The notes: generated by a model not told the origin, from the sequence alone. A DNA stretch of 64,000 nt from Candidatus Moraniibacteriota bacterium (GCA_030648835.1 JAUSGT010000002.1:200081-264080), one strand, 5' to 3'; positions 40,980-49,480 are shown, numbered from the stretch's first letter. Translations and numbers: made by a program.

Positions 40980-41798
40980 ATGAATACTCATGGAACAGAC
41001 CGCTCGGTACCGACTATGCAACAGGTGAAGCAGCTGGGGATTTTACTTGGATTCATCCTGGAAATTGTGACCAGGATCGTTACACGCTATTTCTTCGCCT
41101 TGAACTCTGACGAAGCGAAGGCTACGCTCCAGAACAAAGGAGCCCTTTCCAAGAAAATCAAGGTTGCGCTTGCGCCGGTGTTTATGATGGCAGTCGATGA
41201 ATATGCTGCCCAACGAACGTATTGGGAAGGCATCTATCTCACTCACTACGGCATGGCTGCGGATTTCGGCGAAGTAACGGTGCCGGAGAAACCGACAGTC
41301 GGCAAGTGGCGCCTCATTTTCATTCTGAAGGGATTGACGATGAATCACGCGGCGGCCATGTACCGAAAAATTCTTGCGGCCATCGATCCACCGTGGCAAC
41401 TGGTACAGTATATCGATGATTTGGACGCGCAGATTCCTTACAACATTCGTACTTCGGCAGAATCCTATGCTCTTTGGGTACGGGATGGGCAAGAGGCTGA
41501 CGAGGAATTTCGTGCTCAAACGACCAGCCAAGCCGATCCGAATCAATTGATTGGTGTCACGCCGCTCGAGCGTCTCGTTCATGGAGCAGCCCATTTTGTT
41601 GAAACCAAACAACACCTCGACGAGAAAGGGATTACTATCTGTTCAGGTTCGCGCAATGCGGATGGCTGCGTGCCTTGCGTGTGCTCGTATCCGGACAGTC
41701 GCGAGGTGTGCGTGTTTTGGTACAATCTGGGCTATTCGTTTTCCGCTGGCGGTGTCCGTCGAACAGTAGCGCTGCCGCAGGCGGCGCAGACAGCTTAA
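40980..41798 (+). CDS. DGR target (variable) protein with C-terminal VR, probable C-type-lectin-like fold
   Basis: AAAGGA upstream; 39 codons near the C-terminus match the TR; fold inferred from typical DGR targets. Confidence 0.93.
   Translation: MNTHGTDRSVPTMQQVKQLGILLGFILEIVTRIVTRYFFALNSDEAKATLQNKGALSKKIKVALAPVFMMAVDEYAAQRTYWEGIYLTHYGMAADFGEVTVPEKPTVGKWRLIFILKGLTMNHAAAMYRKILAAIDPPWQLVQYIDDLDAQIPYNIRTSAESYALWVRDGQEADEEFRAQTTSQADPNQLIGVTPLERLVHGAAHFVETKQHLDEKGITICSGSRNADGCVPCVCSYPDSREVCVFWYNLGYSFSAGGVRRTVALPQAAQTA
41645..41762 (+). repeat. DGR variable repeat (VR)
   Basis: 102/118 identical to 42107-42224; ends in the invariant GC-rich TCCGCTGGCGGTGTCCGTCGA. Confidence 0.97.
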
Positions 41799-41829
41799 CC
41801 TCGATTCTCAACTCTTTTTCTCTTTTTTC

Positions 41830-41862
41830 CCCGCTGTGCGCGTGCGCGCAGCGGGCTTTTGT
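41830..41862 (+). terminator. GC-rich hairpin downstream of VR (DGR homing hairpin and/or terminator)
   Basis: CCCGCTGTGCG-CGTG-CGCGCAGCGGG: 11-bp stem with one G:T, 4-nt loop, then a T-rich tract. Confidence 0.75.
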
Positions 41863-42106
41863 TTTTGTCTTTTTCCATCCTTTTCTCGAAAGCTTTGAGA
41901 AGTTGTTGTATACTACAGAAGGTTGTTAAGCCAGTCTTGCTTGGGCAAGATGATGGTTTGCCAAGAACTGAAACTGCCTGTGAGTATTTACGCATAGATT
42001 TTTCATGGTAGGAAATGATGCGACACAGCGCTCGTGACCACGAGGAACACAGATGCTCTGGCGACAGAGGTTCGGTGATAGGGATGGATACTCACAGTAA
42101 AGATGG

Positions 42107-42224
42107 AGGTTCGCGCAATGCGGATGGCAACGTGCCTTACGTGAACTCGAATCCGGACAATCGCAAGGTGAACGTGAATTGGTACAATCTGGACAATTCG
42201 AATTCCGCTGGCGGTGTCCGTCGA
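42107..42224 (+). ncRNA. DGR template repeat (TR)
   Basis: Contains 10 AAY codons in the VR frame; has A at all 16 mismatches with VR. Confidence 0.95.
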
Positions 42225-42249
42225 GAAGTTTCAACACAAGAACATCCCG

Positions 42250-42643
42250 CTAGAGTGCGGGATTTTGTGTCAGGTATTTGATCCAACCATTCGTCATTTT
42301 GGAAGTTTCAACGAGGAGAGCAGCTACCTCGATGTATGATTTTTCAGGGATGACCTTTTGTTCATATTCTATGCGCACCAGGTGTTTCAGGATTTCCAGA
42401 GAGACGCGTACATGCTCGAGTATTTCTCGTTTCTGATATTTCTGCGTGAGCGAGGCGCGAAGGATACCGCTCATGGTTTCTAGCGTGAGATGCTCAATAA
42501 CCTGGTGGATACCGAGTTTATCTCGTTTGGGAATCTTGTGTCCAATTTGGTACAGAGTGGCATATACTTGTTTGATACTATGAACAATCGAAATATCATT
42601 ACTCCGAAGGGGGGGGGGTAACACTAGAGGAAATTTTTTTCAT
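42250..42643 (-). CDS. avd: DGR accessory variability determinant (Avd, four-helix bundle); ATG start out of frame at a C10 tract
   Basis: IPKRDKLGI...LEILKHLVRI...KMTNGWIK pattern. In-frame GTG at 42624; the ATG at 42643 joins the frame if C10 becomes C9. Confidence 0.88.
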
Positions 42644-43672
42644 GATATTATCAGTGTAGCAAATCTTCTCGCCGCTTGGAAAGAGTTTCGGAAGGGAAAA
42701 AGGAAAAAAGGTGATGTGGCTTTGTTTGAATTTCAACTGGAAGACAACTTACTGCAACTGCATCAAGAGCTGGCTTCCCAGACCTACAGGCACGGTCCCT
42801 ACGAAGGTTTTTATGTTTCTGATCCCAAGTTGAGGCACATTCACAAAGCTAGTGTGCGCGATCGAATTCTGCATCAAGCGATTTTCCGTGTGCTATATCC
42901 GATTTTTGACGCGCATTTTATTTATGATTCGTATTCATCGCGCGTTTCCAAGGGTACCCACTTTGGCGTGAAGCGCCTCTTGCAAGCCTGTCGCAAAGTA
43001 AGCGAGAATTGGAAAGCTCCGGCGTACGCGCTGAAATGTGATATACGCAGGTTTTTTGATTCGATAGATCATGCAATTTTGCGCAAGCTCGTCGTAAAGA
43101 AAATTACCGACCATAAGACGCTATGGTTGATCGATATCATTTTTGCAAGCTTTGAGAAAGAAAAAGGGAAAGGACTGCCGCTCGGAAATGTCACCAGCCA
43201 GCTTTTTGCCAATATCTATCTCAATGAGCTGGATCAATTCGCGAAACATACATTGAAGGCGAGGCATTACTTCCGTTATTGCGATGATTTTATTATTGTT
43301 CACCGCAATCGGATTTTTCTTGAAGAAGCATTGGTAAAAATAAGAGCCTTTGTTTCTGAAACATTGTTTTTGGAACTGCATCCTTATAAAGTGGAAATCC
43401 GCAAAGTCAGTCAGGGAATCGATTTTCTGGGCTATGTCATTTTGCCACACCGGACAGTCGTGCGGATGGCTACCAAGAGCCGTCTACTACGAAAGTTAAA
43501 CGATGCCCGAAAAAACTTTCGGACCGGGAAGATAACAGGAGAGACGTTTGGAAGTATTATACATTCTTACCTCGGCGTACTTTTACACTCACGGAACCGG
43601 AGAATAAGAAGATGGGTATGGAAGTTACGCGAGTTGACACAAAGCGGAGATAAAAATGTAAAGTGGCGGTGA
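42580..43672 (+). CDS. DGR reverse transcriptase; 5' end frameshifted at a G10 tract
   Basis: VRDRILHQA, LKCDIRRFFDSIDH, GLPLGNVTSQLFANIYL, RYCDDF, GIDFLGY. The frame stays open upstream of GTG 42716 (FHDIISVANLLAAWKEFRKGK); the ATG at 42580 joins if G10 becomes G9. Confidence 0.95.
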
Positions 43673-43701
43673 TTGACGAGATGGTAAAAACGTGCTACAA
43701 T
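43673..43701 (+). promoter_or_regulatory. sigma70-like promoter downstream of RT
   Basis: TTGACG-17 bp-TACAAT with a TGn extension. Confidence 0.55.
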
Positions 43702-43943
43702 GGGTGTACAAGTTTGAGGCGGGCCGCCACGACTGGGTCGGGCGAGCCTCGCCAAAACGGCGGGAGTTTCATGGGTGAAACGTCCGTTTTTCTTTTTCTA
43801 GGAAGGTCGGCAATGAAAATTGTTACTCTCCCTAGGGGAAATGTTCATTAAAAACAAAAACCAAAACAAAAAACAAAAACCTTTGTTTTCACCAAAAACA
43901 AGGCAAGTTCTCTTGCCTTGGCCTCTCGAAAAAGAGGCCAGAT

Positions 43944-43974
43944 AGGCCGCTAACTCTTTAGCGGTCTTTTTATT
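43944..43974 (+). terminator. Rho-independent terminator
   Basis: AGGCCGCTAA-CTCT-TTAGCGGTCT followed by TTTT. Confidence 0.65.
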
Positions 43975-44010
43975 GATTTAAAGCCTGTTCTCGGCTATAC
44001 TGGGCAATAA

Positions 44011-44142
44011 GCCCGGTAGTAGAACTTCGAAAGTTTTGGTATAGTAACGATATCTTCGGTATTCCTGCAATATGGGCTTTGTTGAAGCAAAAAATATAAT
44101 TCTTTTTTAAAACTTCGTTTGTTCGAAGTTTCACTACCGGGT
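44011..44142. repeat. Inverted-repeat element family D upstream of murA
   Basis: GCCCGGTAGTAGAACTTCGA ... TCGAAGTTTCACTACCGGGT, abutting the ATG. Confidence 0.8.
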
Positions 44143-45405
44143 ATGGAAGTTTTTGAAATCGAGGGCGGAAAACGGCTCAAAGGACGGATTGCTGTTTCGG
44201 GACTGAAGAATGCCGCAACGCCCATTATTGCCGCGACGCTTCTCTCCAAAGAACCATGCGTCTTGAAAAATATCCCTCGTATCGAGGATGTTTTTCGCAT
44301 GCTGGAAATCTTAGAGAGCATGGGAGCGACAGCCAGGTGGCAGGGGCGGTCAACGGTGATGATCGATACGCGCGCGGTTGATCCAAAAAAAATAGACCAG
44401 GACAAAGTCAAGCGCTTACGTTCGTCGATTTTTCTTCTGGGAGCTTTAGCCGGTCGTTTTGAAAAATTTCATTTGCGGCAACCCGGCGGGTGTGTCATCG
44501 GCGCGCGTCCGGTAGAAACGCACATTGATGCTTTGACAAAACTGGGAGTGAAGATTGTCTCGGATGAAAAAGGGTATGCCGTCGATGCCGGAGGGAGGCA
44601 GAGTGCCAACATAGTGCTCAAAGAGTTTTCCGTGACAGCGACGGAGAATGCGATGCTTTTGGCCGCGACGCTTCCCGGAGTTACACAGATAAAAATTGCC
44701 GCTTGTGAACCGCACGTCGAAGATCTTGGACATTTTCTCGAAAAGATGGGCGCGCGGATCGAAGGACTGGGAACCCATACGCTTCGGATAACGGGCAAGA
44801 AACGACTCATCGGTGTGACACATACGATCGTTCCCGATCACAACGAGGCCGCGACATTTCTCATTCTTGGCGCGGCTACCGGAAGCGAAATCGCTGTCGT
44901 CAACGCTCGGAAAGAACACTTGGATATTGTTCTTGAGAAATTGGAGGAGTTTGGGGTTCGTTTCACGGTAAAGAAAAATGAGATTACGGTGCATCCCGCC
45001 AAAAAATTACGAGCTGTTTCAAAAGTCGACACCCGCACGTATCCCGGAGTTCCTACCGAGACGCAAGCGCTCTTCGGTATGCTCGCGACGCAGGCGGAGG
45101 GGGAGACACTCATTTTTGAAACTTTGTATGAAGGGCGTTTCAACTACATTCCCGAACTGGTGAAGATGGGAGCCAGAGCGACTATTCTCAATCCGCATCA
45201 GGTTATTGTTTCAGGGAAGACGCCACTCAAAGGGACAGTCATAAAGAGTTTTGATTTGCGCGCGGGGGCGACGCTTATTATCGCCGCGCTGGTCGCTCGG
45301 GGGAAGACGATTATCGAAGATATTTATCAGGTGGATCGCGGCTATGAACGTATCGAAGAGCGTCTGCAGAAAATTGGCGCGCGGATACGCCGGGTAGATT
45401 TGTAG
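44143..45405 (+). CDS. murA: UDP-N-acetylglucosamine 1-carboxyvinyltransferase
   Basis: GLKNAA, PGGCVIGARP (catalytic Cys), SVTATEN, DLRAGA, DRGYE. Confidence 0.97.
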   Translation: MEVFEIEGGKRLKGRIAVSGLKNAATPIIAATLLSKEPCVLKNIPRIEDVFRMLEILESMGATARWQGRSTVMIDTRAVDPKKIDQDKVKRLRSSIFLLGALAGRFEKFHLRQPGGCVIGARPVETHIDALTKLGVKIVSDEKGYAVDAGGRQSANIVLKEFSVTATENAMLLAATLPGVTQIKIAACEPHVEDLGHFLEKMGARIEGLGTHTLRITGKKRLIGVTHTIVPDHNEAATFLILGAATGSEIAVVNARKEHLDIVLEKLEEFGVRFTVKKNEITVHPAKKLRAVSKVDTRTYPGVPTETQALFGMLATQAEGETLIFETLYEGRFNYIPELVKMGARATILNPHQVIVSGKTPLKGTVIKSFDLRAGATLIIAALVARGKTIIEDIYQVDRGYERIEERLQKIGARIRRVDL

Positions 45406-45416
45406 AAAAAAGATAT

Positions 45417-45542
45417 GCCCGGTAGTAGAATTTCGACCAGGCAATTTCAGGAGTGTATACACTAAGTTTAAACCAGAGGATTAAGAAGTGGCATAAGTTT
45501 CTTTGATGTATTAAATACATTGTCGAAATTTCACTACCGGGT
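45417..45542. repeat. Inverted-repeat element family D upstream of mreB
   Basis: GCCCGGTAGTAGAATTTCGAC ... GTCGAAATTTCACTACCGGGT, abutting the ATG. Confidence 0.8.
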
Positions 45543-46559
45543 ATGAAATCGATGTTTGTACGAAAAATCGGTATTGATCTCGGGACGACGAATACCCTGG
45601 TATTCGTGCCCGGCAAAGGAGTCGTCGTCAATGAACCTTCGGTGGTGGCGATTTCTTTGCTTGAGAACAAAGTGTTGGCTGTCGGGAACGAGGCCAAAGA
45701 AATGCTGGGGCGCACGCCGGATACGATCATCGCCAGCCAGCCACTGAGAGATGGAGCCATCGCCGATTACCGCGTGACGGAGGCGATGCTCAAATATTTC
45801 TTGAATCGCGTGAGCGGTCGGATTCGTTTTTTTCGTCCGGAAGTGGTCCTCTCTATTCCGGCCGGTGTCACTTCAACGGAGCGACGTGCTGTCATTGACG
45901 CGGCGCTCAAGGCCGGTGCCAAAGCGGCGTACGTGGTGAAGGAGCCGATTTTGGCGGCCATAGGCGCGGGTATCCCGATTCACGCGGCGCAGGGGAATAT
46001 GATCATCAATGTCGGTGGTGGCACATCGGAGATTGCTATCATTTCTCTTGGTGGTATCGTGGCGGCGCACAGCGCCCGCGTTGGCGGTAACCGGATTGAT
46101 CAGGCCATTTCCGATTACATCAAGCGCAAATACAGTTTGGCTATCGGTGATCGGACAGCAGAGGAAATCAAAATAAAAATCGGATCAGCCATCGCTCAGG
46201 TGAAGGAGGACCACGTAGAAGTGCGCGGTCGCGATCTGATGGGGGGATTGCCGAAAACCGTCCTCATTTCTTCCAACGAAGTGACGGAAGCTATTCAGGA
46301 TGAGTTACGGGAAATCATCAATGTTATCAAGACTGTCCTTCAAGAAACACCGCCGGAATTGGCGGCGGATATTATGGACAAGGGGATGGTACTTTCGGGA
46401 GGGACAGCTCGGCTCAAGCATTTGGATCAGCTTATTTCCAAAACTATCAACGTGCCGTGTTATGTGGCGGATGACCCAGCATTGTGCGTGGTGAAAGGCA
46501 CCGGCATCGTACTGGAGAATCTGGAAGTGTATAAAAGGAGCATTATGCTTGCAAAATAG
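45543..46559 (+). CDS. mreB: Rod shape-determining protein MreB
   Basis: IDLGTTNT, EPSVVA, GGGTSE, TAEEIKI, GRDL, TPPEL. Confidence 0.97.
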   Translation: MKSMFVRKIGIDLGTTNTLVFVPGKGVVVNEPSVVAISLLENKVLAVGNEAKEMLGRTPDTIIASQPLRDGAIADYRVTEAMLKYFLNRVSGRIRFFRPEVVLSIPAGVTSTERRAVIDAALKAGAKAAYVVKEPILAAIGAGIPIHAAQGNMIINVGGGTSEIAIISLGGIVAAHSARVGGNRIDQAISDYIKRKYSLAIGDRTAEEIKIKIGSAIAQVKEDHVEVRGRDLMGGLPKTVLISSNEVTEAIQDELREIINVIKTVLQETPPELAADIMDKGMVLSGGTARLKHLDQLISKTINVPCYVADDPALCVVKGTGIVLENLEVYKRSIMLAK

Positions 46560-46582
46560 CTTCTTAGTTTTGAGACGGTCTA

Positions 46583-46737
46583 TAATTTCAAAGATTTTTT
46601 GTTTCTGCTCCAGACTTGCCAAGGCTTTTGGTTAGCGAAAAAAATCGCCTCCAATCGACGGCGGGACACAGCTCTTTTTTCGAACCAAGAGCCTTGCCTC
46701 AGACAAGTGGAGCAACCAAAAAAAATCTTTGAAATTA
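46583..46737. repeat. Long hairpin repeat family B, copy 2
   Basis: Terminal inverted repeat TAATTTCAAAGATTTTTT/AAAAAATCTTTGAAATTA; same core as 5611-5774. Confidence 0.75.
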
Positions 46738-46796
46738 CAAGACATGGGGGTTTCTCTGATTTCCAGCCTGATTCATGATTCTTAATTCCCGATTCT

Positions 46797-47960
46797 ATGT
46801 TAATAGGTATCGATGCATCGAGAGCATTTCTCAGACGGCGGACGGGGATCGAGGAATACGCTTACCAGACCATCAAATACTTGTGCAGTGTCATTTCTGG
46901 AAAAGACACTGTTGTTTTGTATATTCGTAAAAAATTGGAAGTCGAAAATTGGAAATTGAAAATTCGCACGCCCGAAATAGACTTTGAAGTACCGAAAAAT
47001 TGGGAAGTAAGAGGCATATGGGCGCCACGCTTTTGGACACAGATTGGTCTATCGCTTGAGATGTTGTGGCGAGCGCCTGACGTGCTTTTTATTCCGGCCC
47101 ATACCGTACCTTTGGTACATCCCAAAAAAACTATCGTGACGATCCATGGTTTGGAATACGAATTTTGCAAAAAGGGGTATGCGTGGTGGGAGCGGCTCTA
47201 TATGCATTTCTCTATTCGTTACTCATGTCGGGTCGCCTCTACGGTGGTTTGTGTTTCGGAAAATACCAAACGGGATGTGATGAAACTCTATGGCGTAGCG
47301 GAAGAGAAGATCAAGGTTATTTATGAAGGGTATTCGACTTGTCATTCCGAACGAAGTGAGGAACCCCGTAACATTCAGGAAAGCGATACAAAGGACGGGA
47401 TCCCTCGGCAAGCTCGGGATGACGTCAAAAAACCATATCTTCTTTTTACTGGGAGATTGGAAACGAGAAAAAACATTGTGCGGATTATCGAGGCTTTTGA
47501 GATATTGAAAGAAAAATATTGCATTCCACATCAGTTAGTGCTCGTTGGCAAACCAGGATATGGGTATGAGCGTATCAAGTATCAAGTATCAAGTATCAAG
47601 TATAAGAGTGATGTTATCGAACTCGGCTATGTGAGCGAAGGAGAGAAATGGGAGTTGTTGAAAAACGCCGATGTATTTTTGTTTCCGACATTGTATGAAG
47701 GGTTTGGGCTGCCGGTTCTGGAGGCACAGAGTGTCGGGGTGCCGGTCGTGGTTTCCAGCATTTCATCTTTGCCAGAGGTGGCGGGTAGTGGCGCGGTATT
47801 GGTGGATCCATTGAGTGTGGAAAGCATCGCAGAGGGCATAGAGAAGGTGCTTTCGGACAAGGGGCTGCGAGATGATATAATAGAAAAAGGATTGAAGAAC
47901 GTGGGACGTTTCAGTTGGCAGAAATGCGCGGAGGAAATTGTGGAATTACTCCAGAAATGA
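46797..47960 (+). CDS. GT4 family glycosyltransferase
   Basis: TGIEEY, VTIHG, VSENTK, RKN, YEGFGLPVLEA. Confidence 0.93.
   Translation: MLIGIDASRAFLRRRTGIEEYAYQTIKYLCSVISGKDTVVLYIRKKLEVENWKLKIRTPEIDFEVPKNWEVRGIWAPRFWTQIGLSLEMLWRAPDVLFIPAHTVPLVHPKKTIVTIHGLEYEFCKKGYAWWERLYMHFSIRYSCRVASTVVCVSENTKRDVMKLYGVAEEKIKVIYEGYSTCHSERSEEPRNIQESDTKDGIPRQARDDVKKPYLLFTGRLETRKNIVRIIEAFEILKEKYCIPHQLVLVGKPGYGYERIKYQVSSIKYKSDVIELGYVSEGEKWELLKNADVFLFPTLYEGFGLPVLEAQSVGVPVVVSSISSLPEVAGSGAVLVDPLSVESIAEGIEKVLSDKGLRDDIIEKGLKNVGRFSWQKCAEEIVELLQK
47341..47423. repeat. Palindromic (REP/RPE-like) element inside the GT4 reading frame
   Basis: GTCATTCCGAACGAAGTGAGGAACCC...GGGATCCCTCGGCAAGCTCGGGATGAC; a half copy lies at 48947-48973. 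Confidence 0.8.
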
Positions 47961-48023
47961 AGGAAACCGCAGACGTTAGTCGGCGGCTTCGAGGTTGGGC
48001 GCAGCGCGCCGGGAATGGTTGGC

Positions 48024-48224
48024 CTACGGACGGGGAGGTAACCTGTCCAGAACCTCAAAGAGGAGGAGTACTCCTGTTACGAGGCATAGAACGACGAGGG
48101 AGGTGAAGATTCCAGCGGCCATTCCGAGGTCTGCATTGCCGGTGGCCTGCCGAATGTAATCGTAAATTTGGTAACTCGATCCCAAGCTTGCTAACACGCT
48201 TACCAGTAAACGCCAAGGTTTCAT
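48024..48224 (-). CDS. Small two-TM hypothetical membrane protein
   Basis: GGAGG-like motif (CGGAGGAA) upstream of the ATG; two hydrophobic segments. Confidence 0.55.
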   Translation of the reverse strand: MKPWRLLVSVLASLGSSYQIYDYIRQATGNADLGMAAGIFTSLVVLCLVTGVLLLFEVLDRLPPRP

Positions 48225-48301
48225 GATTTCCTCCGTTGAGGTTGCAAAATAACCAAACAATAAACCAAATTTAGTTTACCGTCCAGTATAGCATATATTC
48301 T

Positions 48302-49480
48302 ATGAAAAGTCAAGAGACAGAAGTGAACAAAAAAAGACCTCAAAAAGTGGCTTTAGTTCACGATTTTTTGGTGGCGTACGGAGGTGCGGAGCGGGTACTT
48401 CAGGCAATGGCTGAGATGTTCCCGGAAGCACCGATTTATACGCTCCTGTATGATAAAGAGCAAATGGGCGATCATTTTCATGGTCGGGATATCCGAGTAT
48501 CGTGGCTTTCCAAGCTGCCGCAGTTTTTGAAAAAACGCTATCGTTTTTTTCTGCCGTTTTTCCCGGTGGCGGTGGAGTCGTTCGATCTTCGGGACTTCGA
48601 TCTGGTGATTTCTTCTTCGGGAGCATGGAGCAAGGGTATTGTGACGCGCCTCAATACGAAACACATCGCGTATCTGCACTCCCCGATGCGTTATGCCTGG
48701 GATTACCATGAAACATATTTGGGGGAATTGGGCGCTCGTGGAAAGTTACGTATTTTCACCCGGATGCTTATGAGTTATCTTCGGGTGTGGGATCGGCAGG
48801 CGGCGGAGCGGCCGGATGCCCTTATCTCCAACTCCCGGTTTACAGCGGCGCGGGTGAAGAAATACTATCGGCGAGAGAGTGAGGTGGTATACCCACCGGC
48901 AATGGATTTATTTAATAAGACACAGAATACCCGTTCGATAGAGGCAGAGATCCCTCGACAAGCTCGGGATGACAGTGGAAGTCGCCGTCACTTTTTGGTC
49001 GTATCGCGTCTGACTCGTTCCAAAAAAATTGACAGAGTTATTGAAGCATTCAACAAGCTGGAACTTCCGCTTCTGATTGTCGGTGATGGACCGGAGCGTG
49101 CCCGCCTCCAAGCCCAGGCAGAAAAAAATATCCGCTTCGTAGGATTCACCAGTGATGAAGAGTTGGCGAAATTGTATGTTTCCGCTCGGGCCGTTATCTT
49201 TCCTTCGGAAGAAGATTTTGGTATGGTGGCGGCGGAGGCGCTTTCTTTCGGTACGCCGGTGATCGCGTATGAATATGGCGGCATTCGGGAAATCGTGAAA
49301 CTTGGGGAAACTGGGGAATTGTTTCATGCGGAGACGCCGGAAATTATCGCTGAGGGGGTGCGGCGGTTTCTCCAGCATGAGGGGCAGTACGATGAAGTGG
49401 CGATGAAGCAATCGGTGGCGCATCTGACGAAAGAAAATTTTCAGAATGGTATAAGAAAGTTTTTGGAAATGAATGTGTAA
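48302..49480 (+). CDS. GT4 family glycosyltransferase
   Basis: GGAERV, HSPMRYAWD, NSRF, EDFGMV.AEA..GTPVI. Confidence 0.93.
   Translation: MKSQETEVNKKRPQKVALVHDFLVAYGGAERVLQAMAEMFPEAPIYTLLYDKEQMGDHFHGRDIRVSWLSKLPQFLKKRYRFFLPFFPVAVESFDLRDFDLVISSSGAWSKGIVTRLNTKHIAYLHSPMRYAWDYHETYLGELGARGKLRIFTRMLMSYLRVWDRQAAERPDALISNSRFTAARVKKYYRRESEVVYPPAMDLFNKTQNTRSIEAEIPRQARDDSGSRRHFLVVSRLTRSKKIDRVIEAFNKLELPLLIVGDGPERARLQAQAEKNIRFVGFTSDEELAKLYVSARAVIFPSEEDFGMVAAEALSFGTPVIAYEYGGIREIVKLGETGELFHAETPEIIAEGVRRFLQHEGQYDEVAMKQSVAHLTKENFQNGIRKFLEMNV

Larger units (their letters stand above)
40794..43672. mobile_element. Diversity-generating retroelement (target-VR / hairpin / TR / avd / RT)
   Basis: 118-bp VR/TR pair differing only at TR adenines, Avd-like gene and DGR-type RT, all within 2.9 kb. 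Confidence 0.97.

Noticed and set aside
40814-41110. 98-aa ORF overlapping the DGR target start
   Set aside because: It runs through the promoter and hairpin leader, overlaps a better-supported gene and has no recognisable features
42015-42281. 88-aa ORF spanning the TR, resembling the target C-terminus
   Set aside because: The open frame is largely explained by the TR being the AAY-rich template of a coding VR; there is no independent coding evidence and it overlaps the avd stop
42580-43672. RT as group II intron, retron or Abi RT
   Set aside because: It is short, has no maturase/endonuclease extension, has GLPLGN..SQ, and sits beside an Avd gene and an A-specific TR/VR pair
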